Assembly: GCA_023213395.1 (NCBI GenBank)
Contig: CM041465.1
Span: 244,783,741-244,847,740 of the forward strand
Direction of reading: 5' to 3'
Source of the DNA: Cycas panzhihuaensis
Lineage: Eukaryota; Plantae; Cycadophyta
DNA length: 64,000 nt
Both the position numbers and the translations under genes were made by a program. The notes below the pieces were generated by a model that saw nothing but the letters and a program-made list of their open reading frames with translations, was not told where the DNA came from and searched no databases. Each line of letters starts with the position of its first letter. Within the stretch, counting starts at the first letter, position 1. Positions 1 to 12,027 of this stretch are shown here, in pieces.

Positions 1-864
1 GTTAAAAGAAATGATAATTAAAAACACCCATACAAAAAGAATAACAATAATTATATAAAAAAAATCTTCACATTGAATTTTAAAAAAATATTTACAACTC
101 AAACTCACCAAAATAAATTTAATAATTTCTTTCAAAAAAATTAAATTAAATGTTAAATGTTAAAAAATGAATCAATTTTAAATTTGTCAAACATTTATCA
201 TCTTCTCATTTTGTTCACCCCTTGAAACATTCTTTACACTCCATTCAATTCCCTTTAAACTCACCAAAATAAATTTAGTAAGTCCCTTTGTTTAATACAA
301 CTAAACTTCATATTAAACATCCTTAACCCTTTTTCTTCTTCCTCAAAATAAAATTCTTTTTTTATATTTATATTAAAAAACATACCTTTATTTATCATAA
401 TCATCTCCCTTAATTTTAATTTTATTTTTTATTCAATCAAGTCACCATATAACAACCATATAACCTTTTCTACTAACCATTTGTCTAAAGCCAAACACAT
501 TAACCCACTCATTTTAACTAAACTTTTCACTAGTCCTTGCATATCCTTTTCCATTTTAACATTTTATATCAAATCACCTACATTTCTATTTTATTAAAAT
601 AAAATAATACAAAGCTATATCATATACAAATTATTAAATAAAAATTAATCATTAAATCCATTAAAAATTAAATAATATTATATCAATTATTTACCACAAA
701 TCTCTCTCTCTCTCTCTCGTGTTATGTGTGTGTACATGTGTTATGTGTGTGTACATGTGTGCAATTTTAAAAAAGGGTTTATCTTTTAACTTACACTAAA
801 TAACATCTACCCAATGTTGAACACATTAGCATACACTAAATTATCTTCATTAATTTTTTTCATA

Positions 865-1200
865 GCAACATTAAACTCCACTAACTTGCACCAACTTCCA
901 TCCTAACTTCTCACATTTCACCACCCACATTTTTAAATATATAAAATAAAAAATAATCCACTCTAAAAAAATAATTTTATCTAATTTAACCTTTTTTTTT
1001 TAATTAACATTAACTCCACTAACTTACATGGACATCCACCCTAACTTTCCACATTTCACCACTCACTTTTTTATATATAAAATAAAAACTAAATCCATTA
1101 TATAAAAATCTAATTTAACATTTCACCACTTCCTTTTTTTTCTTTTATATATATATATATATAAAATAAAAACTATATCCATTATATTAAAAAAATTACT
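865..1200 (+). repeat. Local imperfect tandem duplications (about 140 bp unit plus a partial third copy)
   Basis: aactccactaactt...cacatttcaccac...tatataaaataaaaa recurs at about 875 and 1012, and partially at about 1120-1185. Confidence 0.7.
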
Positions 1201-1324
1201 TAATCTAATTTAATTATAAAAGATGTTATTTTAAAAAAACCACCATAATTACTTTTCATAAATGTGCCACATAAAATACTTGATAATATATATACTCCCC
1301 CTTCTCTCATCTCTCACATTCCCA

Positions 1325-1520
1325 TGAATCACTTAGCACTTTCTTACATAACTACAATTGAATGAAAAATGAAAAATTACACATTCAACAACATTTAACT
1401 AAAAACACTCAAATCGTGTCCTGAATCACTTAGCACTTTCTTACATAACAACAATTGAAAAACGAAACATTCAACCACATTTATTCGTGCATAATCAACT
1501 AAAACTACTTAAATCATGTA
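1325..1520 (+). repeat. Two-copy tandem repeat, about 97 bp
   Basis: tgaatcacttagcactttcttacataacNacaattgaa at 1325 and 1422. Confidence 0.8.
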
Positions 1521-2124
1521 TTTGCATCATTTCTCTCTTTTAATCCATTTCAAATCCTCTCCCTTTTTAACCCAAACAGCACAAATCCCGCCATTTCTCT
1601 CGTCATTTACCCCTATCCACCCTTTAAATGCCCTCCCTTTTTTTTTCTTTTTTTGTTTTTTTTTTTTTTTTTTTTGTCCTTTTTCTTCGGTTGCTTTTCC
1701 GCGCTTCAACCATCGATATTCCTCGTTTAGGTTGTTGCATTTACACACGCTTCCTTAACCCAGAGTCCCGACGCTTTGACCCTGGGTTAACTCAAATTGC
1801 AACCACGCCACTTCGGCTTCAATGCTTCTAAATAATCTTCTCACCTTTACGCAGAGAAGCCCCAAGCCATAGCCAGGTGAATATCACATCACATACTCCA
1901 CATCATCTTAACAAAACATAAAATAAAGATATAAATGCAAACAAACAATCCTCACTGACGAGGAATATATAAATATCCTTCCATATTCCCGACATTTCCA
2001 AAATTAAAAAATTATTTATAAGAAAAAAAAAAAAAAGGAGACCTCGCGGTCTTGGTTTCTACAGCGCTCCCCCCGCGCTGTCGTTCGAGTAACATCAGTC
2101 TAATGACACAATCTCGTTCATTCT

Positions 2125-2687
2125 CTAACTAACAGAAACCTCAATCGTCTTGGACTTCACCATGGGTGGGATCTTTGGCACGCTAACCGTCAAAACACCG
2201 TCAACACAGCTACCAGAAATACCATCTACATTGGCGTCTCCCGGCAAAGAGAATTTCCTCACAAATTTGGGATTCGCCCTCCTTTCCATGCGAACATATT
2301 TGCACTCCTCCTCGTTCTCCTCGCGCTTCCTTTTCCCCGCACTCTTGATGACCAGAACCTTGTCCTCCTCCACCTGAACCTGCAAAGTTCTCACAGGTTA
2401 AACCTCCAAAACCTAAACGCCCGTAAAGTGCTCCCTTAACAAGATTTATTGCCGTCAATTACCTGAATGTCGGACTTGCTAAGCCCCGGAACGTCCGCGT
2501 AGAATATGTACTCCTTTGACGTTTCTTTAACGTCCACCGGCACACTTCCCTTAGCGTCCGGTTGGCCATACGACCGTGGGGGGGAAGGATTCACCGCCTT
2601 CTCCAACTCTTCGGGGAAGTGGAGAAGCTGGTTAACGGTGGCAATGATATGACCGTCCTCCAGGGCGTGCTCCAAAATCCCCATCAT
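2125..2687 (-). CDS. HSP17.4-CIII: Small heat-shock protein, cytosolic/nuclear class CIII-like, 159 aa; exon 1 2687-2463, exon 2 2379-2125
   Basis: Joining the two minus-strand ORFs at a GT..AG intron gives MMGILEH...FPEELEK...[26 protein letters not shown]|[21 protein letters not shown]...KYVRMERR...[13 protein letters not shown]...[13 protein letters not shown]...KTIEVSVS*. This is an alpha-crystallin domain with a KRKR NLS and an intron after SDIQ, as recalled for Arabidopsis Hsp17.4-CIII. Both exons are in frame (225 + 255 nt). Confidence 0.93.
2380..2462 (-). other. 83-nt phase-0 intron of the sHSP gene
   Basis: Donor CAG|GTAATT at 2463/2462 and acceptor TTGCAG|GTT at 2380/2379; removal restores a continuous ACD. 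Confidence 0.9.
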
Positions 2688-3006
2688 TCTTCGAAACTTC
2701 TGTGTCAATAAGTCCACGAAAAGAGCTCAGGCCATACACGACATAAATCCTCCAAAAACGCATCCATTCAAACCGCATCTACAGACATTATTAAACTTTC
2801 AAATAAATAAATAATTTCACAAGCAACGCATACCTTACTAATTTATTTCCTTTGCTGCCGCCGAGGCAGGGAGGCTACCCAACTTGCAGATGATGTATGG
2901 TAAACCCTCAAGCTAAGCTCTCCAAACCAAATTTAAAAAACTTAAAAGGGCTCGTCCCCTTACTAAATCGTATGGATTGAAACGTGGTAGATTTGTAATG
3001 GCGAGT

Positions 3007-3021
3007 CGAAAATTCCAGAAG
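3007..3021. promoter_or_regulatory. Heat-shock element (perfect nGAAnnTTCnnGAAn), proximal
   Basis: cGAAaaTTCcaGAAg, about 320 bp upstream of the sHSP ATG; TATA-like TTACAAAT on the minus strand at about 2991-2998. Confidence 0.85.
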
Positions 3022-3022
3022 C

Positions 3023-3059
3023 AGAGAGAGAGAGAGAGAGAGAGAAGGGGGGGGGGGGG
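3023..3059. repeat. (AG)11 GAGA tract plus G13 run between the two HSEs
   Basis: Read directly from the sequence. Confidence 0.9.
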
Positions 3060-3060
3060 A

Positions 3061-3075
3061 TGAATATTCTGGAAG
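3061..3075. promoter_or_regulatory. Heat-shock element (perfect), distal
   Basis: tGAAtaTTCtgGAAg. Confidence 0.85.
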
Positions 3076-6000
3076 CGCTCGGATATTTTCCGATGGCGCC
3101 TTAACGCGGATGCCTATGATTATAATAATCGAACTTTTAAAAATGGGTTCCGAGAGGAAGGTCACATTGGAAAGGGGGCCCAACTTAGCCGGTGATTACG
3201 CCTATTCTTAATGGTCTAGTTGTGTGGATGTTCACAATTGAAAGTAATTGGCTGCGAAAATTAACAAATGTACAATTTCCATTTTGAATTGCATGCCCCT
3301 CGAGATGCTCACATCTAATGGGAGGTATGATACGATTTTGGGGATCACTGAATTGTGAGTAACAAGTGGATCATGGTCATGAATATTTGAGCATCATTGA
3401 TGAGAATGCTTACAAGTTGATGCCATTCACATATTCACTCTATGAAACAAACTTGGAGCCATAAGGAGTACTTCAAAGAATCACTTTAACATCAATTGTC
3501 AATTACTTAGGCCTCTTTTATAAGGGAAAGATGGATTATAGCCATGAAGGTTTTGAAATTTTATGAGACCCCACAATACAAATGATTCTCATTTTATTAA
3601 ATTTGATAGGAAGGTAACCGATATGTTGGAACATATGCATCAGTTAAATAGCAAAGGGGAGGGACTTTTTGTTTTCTCTCAATGATTGTCAGTACTCTAC
3701 ATTGATCTTATCATGCGAGGAGTAAGTTAATTAGGCTTAATAAATGTTTTTTTTTTTTAACCATCAGAATATTATATTCAAACGTTTAATTACATATAAC
3801 ACCCACTCATGTAGCAAATGATTAGTACATGCTAGTATGCACAGATGGTAGGTGACCACAGATAACTTCATTGAGATGGGGCAAGGTTATGGAGATGAAT
3901 TCTTTCAAGGCCTTGGAAAATACTACTATCATCTTGACTCATACACACTTATTACTACTTTAAAAGATTAATTAAGGTCAACGTTCAACCTTATCATATC
4001 ACACCTAAAAATTTTCCTTTCTTGCCTAGAAAGAGAAAGATGGATGTAGGATCCCTTTATTTCATTACAATGAAAGAGGAGGTATACACTTTGTTCTTAT
4101 TATATGTTCACATGATATCCAACGATAATAAGCCCTAGCTTTAATTTCATATGACCATGTGAAAACATTTTTGTAGTTCTAGAACCAAATCTACCATTTA
4201 TGCCCTCTACATGGCTATTCTCAAGGGCATCACATTTCTAATGTCCACATTTATATTTAATAGGTGCATTAAAGCGCTTTCCAATTTTTTTGGAATTTAC
4301 TTTAGCCCTTAGATTAGGGAATTAAATGTAAAGGTGCACACTAGAAATTCCACTCCCTCTTGAAGTATCCTTGTATGGTATAATATTTGACACAATGATG
4401 ATTAATCATTTAAATTCTAGAAAGTTGAACATTCCCTAATATTTGAAGTATTAACCACTAATATTTAACATGCCATAACTCTTAGGAGTGTGCACCACCT
4501 ATGTACATTAATTATAAATTAAAATAGTAAAATTATAAATAAGAGTCCACCTTCCATAAAAATAAGAATCGTGTAAGTTGTGTTTCTCATATATTTAAGG
4601 CTTTGTTTCCCTATGCACACAGATAATCAATCATTAGTATTCATGACAAATATATGCACCTTTTATACTAAAAAAATATTCTAATAAAGGGGATATAAAA
4701 TGATGTTTCTTGGGATCTTTATATTTTCATCATAACTTTATAAAAATGTCATATTAAAGCTTTGTTAGCAATGTTTTATATGAGCACAAAGAAAGAATAA
4801 TAAATGTTATTAAAAAGTATGTGTAAATTATGTTATCGTAAACTACATACTAAAATATGTGGGAAACTTCAAATTAAAATAAGCATGACACTTGCTCAAT
4901 AGTATAGTGAAATGTGACATAAAGAGTTAATCACAAATAAAGGTGAGAAAGGGAAGGGAGCATACTTTTGGACTTTATTTTTTAAGGACCTCGCCTCTCC
5001 GATAATCGCACATGTGATTCAAGCTTCCAATCAAAGTTTAGAAGCACAAGCCTCTAATAAGAATTCATTCTTAAAGAGCTTTAGAGAGACTTGACAGTGA
5101 GATGTATATCTTTATATTATAATAAAAGGGTAATAACCAAGTTATTTAAACTATGGCATTTTAATGACAATAAATATATCATGATAACAATGTCTTTGTT
5201 GCCATGGTGTTCATGGGTTATATTATAGTTAACAATATTGTTATAGTTGTAGGAAGTAATTCAATTACTATATTGATCTTACTAACCTAGAAACAAATGT
5301 TAAGGGTTTCTTAGGTAAGAGGAAGATGAGTTCTCAATATTTAAGGCCCTAAGGAGTTGTGTCGCTTTGTTCGTAAAAATAACAAAATGGTTCTAAGGTT
5401 CAACCTTCACACATAATAACATAATCTATAATCAATATATTTTACATATTTTCTTTTTCTTCCTTTGCCTCTATAATTTTCTCCTTAAGAATAGTATATT
5501 TCATTAAGAAAAATGGAGTCTAATAAATATCTATGGCTCTTTTTAACATAATGAAAGAGTGATATTATGGAAAATTTTAACATAATATATAATTGGTAAA
5601 CACTAAGGATAAGAAAGAAGTCATAGTAAGATAGGATTATAACTTTATGGAAACCTTATATTCTACCTTAAAAAGAAATATGAAAGGACCTACAATAATG
5701 CAATACCCTAATGGTGTAAAATAATAAAGAAAATTATCTTCTCTTTTTCTTTTCTAACACTATAGATACTACCTTCTCAAGACTACCTAAGCTCAATCAC
5801 CAAAGTAATAACAATAACAATAATACACAATGAACCATAAGACTAGTAAGTCTAGATCACGCTATGTAATTCTAGTGTGCATTGACTTTACTCTTTATAG
5901 TAGGATTAAAACATATAACCCAAGTATAAATTTCCACATATGTAATATAAAATTAATATTTATTTCATGACACTTTTATAATATTTGCACAAGATTAAGA

Positions 6001-6461
6001 TAGAATGAACTTATCTTTAAGTGAAAATTTCGGATTACTTAGAGGTATTCATTGTGCAACCATTCAAAAACTCTATATAAGAATCTACCCCTAAGTTAAG
6101 ACACACGATATGAATGTTAGGGTGCTTCCTTCTAAGTCTTCACTAATAAGCCGACTCCTAATTCAATATTTTAAATCAACCAACCCATTGCTATCAAATA
6201 GACTATCGCTTAATATAAAATCTCCAAGGCTCATTTAATAGTATCACACCACATCTAGCTTCTTCTTGTACTAACATGTTAAGACTAAAATATTAGCAAC
6301 TCATACCCATAGGTCCTAGACCAAATCATTAGTGCATGGTTCTAGACCAAGCCATCAATATGTAGGATTGACGCAGGGTTTAAGACTGAGTCATTATTAC
6401 AAGCCATAAAACATATATTTCCTTACCATGGAAAAATTTCCTACATATTAACCATGGGAAC

Positions 6462-9400
6462 TATTGGAAATATAAGTGAATTAGAGTAAAAAATAATAAG
6501 TAAATAAGAGCAAATGACTTGATCACAATTATACAACAATTTATAAGAAATAATCTTACATTATATCATAAATAAATATAATAGCTCTGAGTATCTACTC
6601 TTCTTGCATCAAATAATTAATTTAATCAATTGATTAGAGTAAGATCACTCCGCCCCTAATAATAATAGTGTGAGTAAAGAATAAAGCAGTAAAACAAGAA
6701 AACATCAAGATACATCTTATGCATGATCTTGCATATGAGAGAATAAATATAAAAATATAACTCTTGAGAGAACCTATCTAATGTGGCTCATTAGTTAATT
6801 TAAAGAAAAGAATGAGTAAGAATTAGACATTATTTTTAACGCCCTCTTATAATGTATGATTCATTATTTATTATAAATAAAAGAGTTATAAGCCTCTCAA
6901 AATTCTCATGACTTAATGCCTAAGTGAGAGTATCAATAAGTTTATCCTCTATTAAATAATAAACCAACTTAAATACTCAGCATTATACCTACCTCTAAAT
7001 GGAGTGATGATGAACTTCCACGTGCTTTATCTTAACGTGGAATATTAGATTCTTCAAAAGTCAGATTGCATTATGATTATCATAAAATAATAGTATAGGA
7101 TCATCCTGTAGAAGTTCAAAGTGACCAAGTAGCCTCCTTAGCCAAATTTCTTCATAAATAGCTATAATTATTGTCTTATACTCTACTTCTATGGAAGATA
7201 ATGAGACTATAACTTGTTTCTTTCTACCCTAAGAAACCATACAAGAATTAGATACAAATACATCTCTTACCCAATTCAAGTCTATATAGTAATATAGTAT
7301 GAACTCATTAGCTCTAGAAAATAAGAGTCCAAATCTAATAATGCCCTTAACATACCTCAGTATGTGTTTTGTTGCATTATAATGAGAGATGGATGGAACA
7401 CTCATAAATTAAGTTATAACACCAATAGTATAACTAATACTAGACTTAGTGTTAGTAAGGTGGATGAGACTACCCATTAGTTACCTATACAAGTACCATC
7501 AATAGTCTCATCATCAGCTTCCTTAGTCAATTTGAAGCCTATTTCTATGGGAGTTAGAAATTGGCTTTAAATCTTCTATATGGAAACATCTCAATAAACT
7601 ATATGTATACTTGGACTAAGAAATAAAAATGATATTACCTTTATATTAAAATTCTATACTAAGAGTTGTGAGACAACCATAACAGAATTAGTATCTACTT
7701 ATATTACTTTTGAATTTATAATTTAATGATGTTCATTTTTACCTTAAAAAAAAAATCCATACCAAGATAGTAATGCAAAAGGCTAAGATTAGACATCTCA
7801 AAATCTTTAAAAAGATGCTTCTTAAGAAAGTTGATTTGAGAAGTGTTACTACTTATAATAATGAGATCATCAATATAGAGACTTATAATAAGTATCTCAT
7901 AATCCTCGTGTTTTATATATAATTTGTTATCAGATTTATATCTAGAAAACATAAAAGAGATGAAGTAATTATCAATGTAGAAATACCATCACCTTGGTGC
8001 CTACTTATGCCATATAAGATTTTCTTCAACCTACATATAAGATGCTCTTTACTAACCTACAAAAAACCTTTAAGATACTGCATATAGACCTCCTCATCAA
8101 GAATGTCGTGAAGGAAATCACTCTTAACATCTATTTGGTGGAGTTCCTAATCAAAATGAGATGCAAGATTCACAAGTATTTGGATGGTAGTCATTTTGGC
8201 TACAAGTATAAAAGTCTCTTCAAAATCTACACCTTTTGTTTGCACATATCCCTTTGTTATAAGTTGAACCTTATATTTATTAATAGTACTATCAAATCAA
8301 TACTTTACTTTATATACCTACTTGTAACCAATAGCTTTCTCATTTGATAGAAGTTCAACAAGATTCTATATGTCATTTTCAAGAATGAAGTCATACTCCT
8401 CTTGCATAACTAACTACTAATGAGATGTATCCTTAACTTCAATAAATGACTCAGGCTCATCACTATTTAAGACATTTGATATCAAGGCATAATTGACCTT
8501 TTTATGTATTTAAACACTTGCAATAGTATTCATGTCACCAACCTTAAAGTCTTTAAGTATAGCACTTGGATAACTTTTTAAGATGAAAGGAGAAAGATGG
8601 AGCATCTATAGGAATTTCATCACTCTCTTTGACCTTTTTATTAGTTTCATTCTTTACTTCTTTAATATCAACATTTACAATAGGAATAATTCCCTCATTA
8701 AACTTATCAAACAAAACATCCATATTTATTATGATCTTTTTCTCTAAGGGATCTCAAAGCCTATATGCTTTAGATGACTCATTATACTTAATAAGAATAC
8801 ACTTATGAATTTTGTCATCAAGCTTTTATCTATAAAAGTAGTACATCCAAATACTCAAAGATTACAAAGGAGAGTTTTCTGCTTGTCTAAGCTTCTTTAG
8901 GAGTTATGTTTTGAATAGTTATAATTGGAGTTCTATTTAAAATATATATAGTTATATTCATAACTTATCCCAAAAAACCATTTAAGATATTTTTGGCTTT
9001 AAGCATATATATAACCACCTCAACAATGGTATAATGTTTTCTTTCAAATACATCATTTTGTTATGGTATATAAGATGATGTAAATTATCATTGAATGCTA
9101 TGATCTTATAGAAAGGTGTGAATTTAGTTGGTAAGTATTCACCTTTGTTGTCACTACTCTTCACTTTGATCTTCCTTTCAAAGAAGTTTTCTACCCCAGT
9201 CTTGAACTCTTGAACTTTATAAATGCTTCTAACTTATTCTTTAGAAGGTAGACCCAAGTCCTCCTTTTTAAGTTATCAATGTTATGAAGTACTTTGTGCT
9301 TCCAAGTGAAATTAGTATAATTGGTTAATATAAGTCATATTGTGCCAACTCTAATTTATCCTTAGACTACCATTTAGACTTGACAAATTTCTCCCTATGT

Positions 9401-12027
9401 TGCTTTCCTACTATACATACACTGCAAATTTTATCACACTTCTAAATTAGAGGCAGGTAATGTAGTATTTTTAACTAATTCAATAATTGAAGACTATAAT
9501 AGTTTAAATGACTAAAGTAGTCATGCCATAAAGTATCAAATGTGGTTGTAACAAAACCATACTTAGGTGTACTAAAGAATTTATATTATCCATTCTCTTT
9601 AGTTCCTTAAATAATTATAAAATCACCATCGTTTATCATATACTTGATGGTGTCGAACTTAACCTTTAATTTTAGTTTAGCCACATGGCTTACAAAAAGT
9701 AAATTATGCTTAAAATATGATACATAAAGCACATTAGAGATCTTAAACTTATGGCCGAGTTGATTGAGAATAATTGAATCTTGATTGACCACTTTATGTT
9801 GACTATCGTCACCTAGAACAATGCTTTGATTATAACCTTCCTTGAGTTCATTGAACCATTCTTTATGAAAAGTAATATATTTTCAGACATTTAAATCAAT
9901 GTACTAAGTATCATTTGTGTAAGAAATAACACCAAACACATATACTTTCTTATCATTTATATATAGAGTAGTAATTTACCAACTTTATTTTTATTTACTT
10001 TCTTCTTCAAATGATTATTTTCATAATGACCTTTTGTATTATAATAAGTATATGCGACATCTTTTTTAGGCTCGTTGTAGAATTCATTTGCATTGTGAGA
10101 AGGTGGCTAAGTTTATTTAGGAGTATTTATCTAAAGCTTCTTCTTAAATTAAGAATGTAACGATATACTACTACTACTACTACTACTAATGTAACCTCCT
10201 ACGCATTGTTCCTCATGTAAGAGAAGTCTAACTAACTCCTCAAAAGTAAGAGGTTATGCTCTCTCAACTAGATACAAATTGGTTGCAAAAATATGATAGC
10301 CTTCATATAAGCTATTAAGTATAATGCTACATATCTTATATTTCCTCACATATTATAATTAACTAATCTCTTATCTCCTTTAATTTCTATAAATGCATGG
10401 GCATAAAGTTGTCTACAATCATTTTACATGAATAAAGCATGTTTATTAAGTATGATACTCTTATCTCATTCTCGATCTCACACATTTCTTATAGAGTCTA
10501 CCATGCATATTTTGGTAAAGTCTTATCTTGAAGATATGTAATGAGATTATCAATAATAAAAAGACTAATGATTATTAATACTTCTTTACCATTATCCTCC
10601 TAATCTTTAACATCCTTAGTTATCACAGTTGAGGTAGATGGAGTAAATATGGTTGTGACTTGAATGGAGGCTATGATTGTCTTTGGTTCCTTACCTTTAA
10701 CAAGTTTCATTTATTTCTTAAGGGCCAAATTATTAGAATTTTTAAATTACATAATTCTTATCATTAAGCTTGTATGCATCTAGTACAATTGATAATGTTA
10801 AAACTAAACATTATAAGAAAAAATACATATGACCAAGATTGTAAGTGTGAGTTTATAAAGTAACTTAGTGGTTGTAAGTCTCATTATAATTCTTTATCCT
10901 TTAAAATAAAAAGTACAAAAAAATAAGGAAGTTAGAATAAAAATCATTGAAAATAGGCTTCAAATAATAAAGTTATAATGTTTAGCTCTTTTCTAGAGTC
11001 TTAAAGCTTTACTGTATGTGACTAACATCTAAGAATAAAAGGTGTGAACTTCAAATAGATTATAAATCATTTAAATTTCTTTGAAACATTAGATAAAATA
11101 AAAATAAAAAGGATTTCACAAACTTGTGTTGAAATTTTTATGGATTTTTCAACACTATTGCCATTTAGATATCATTTGTACAACTTTGTGGAGCTTAATT
11201 GAATATTTTTAAGTAAATTTTAATGTATGATAGTCAAATCAAATTGATATCTACTTGATCCAAGTAGTTATAGAGGAAATCAACAAAAAACTAAGCTAAA
11301 ATATGTTATTTAAGAGCAAGAGATAGGGTTTTGGAGGCTATCCTAATTTTCAACATTTTGAGGCAGTTATACACTAAAAGATCTCATTCTAAAGGAAAAA
11401 ATGAATGCCATATGGATCTTAGACTTGTTAGAAATAAACCCATGAGTAAGAAACCAACAAAAATAAAGGATTTAAAGTGACCAATAGGGCCAAAGATGCT
11501 CCTACAATAGAATTGATACCCTTTTCACTGATAAATCTTTTGTAGGCTACTGTAGAGACTACAAAAATAAGTAATAATAATATCCATAACTAAAATATCA
11601 AGCTCATAGGCAGAAATGAATGCTAAGTCTTAGAAATTTCCTATTAAATAAATTATAGCCTCTTATACCATGTTAGAAATATGAATGAATCAAAGTTAAG
11701 AAAAAAATAAATAAATAAATATCTTGATCACAATTATATAATGATTTATAAGAAATAATCTTGTATTAGATCACAAATAAATATAGTAGTTCTCAATATC
11801 TATTCTCCTTACGTTAATTAATTAATTTAATCAACTGATAAGAGTAAATTTGCTCATCATTAACAATGAGAGTGAGAGCAAAAAATAAAGTAGTAAAATA
11901 AGAAAACAGTAAGGTATAATATATGCATACTCTTGTATGTGAGAGAACAAATATAGAAATATAACTCTTAAGAGAACCTACCTACTCAAATAAAATAATG
12001 AGTAAGCATTAGATATTATTTTTAACA
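6462..12027 (-). mobile_element. Full-length degenerate Ty1/Copia inserted in the 3' LTR of the Gypsy
   Basis: LTRs 6462-6841 and 11671-12027. Perfect TSD ggaac (6457-61 / 12028-32). PBS reverse complement gcctcttatacca at 11659-70. RT relic LIISLYIDDLII...FEMSNLSLLHYYLG (7716-7952), integrase relic SDNKGEY (about 9150) and pre-integrase ISNVLYVSYFKHNLLFV (9607-9792) occur in Copia order. Confidence 0.93.

Noticed and set aside
1516-1831. Overlapping Phe- or Lys-rich ORFs
   Set aside because: Produced by a poly(T) tract, with no domain similarity.
2374-2375. Alternative acceptor 6 nt downstream in the sHSP gene
   Set aside because: The upstream AG gives DIQ|VQVEE, which matches the homologue spacing.
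2779-2838. Possible 5'UTR intron in the sHSP gene
   Set aside because: GT..AG and U-rich, but only 55-60 nt long; unsupported without transcripts.
3300-5690. Possible decayed LINE or LTR fragments upstream of the sHSP promoter
   Set aside because: A poly(T) at about 3750 and coding-like patches are present, but no motif could be assigned with confidence.
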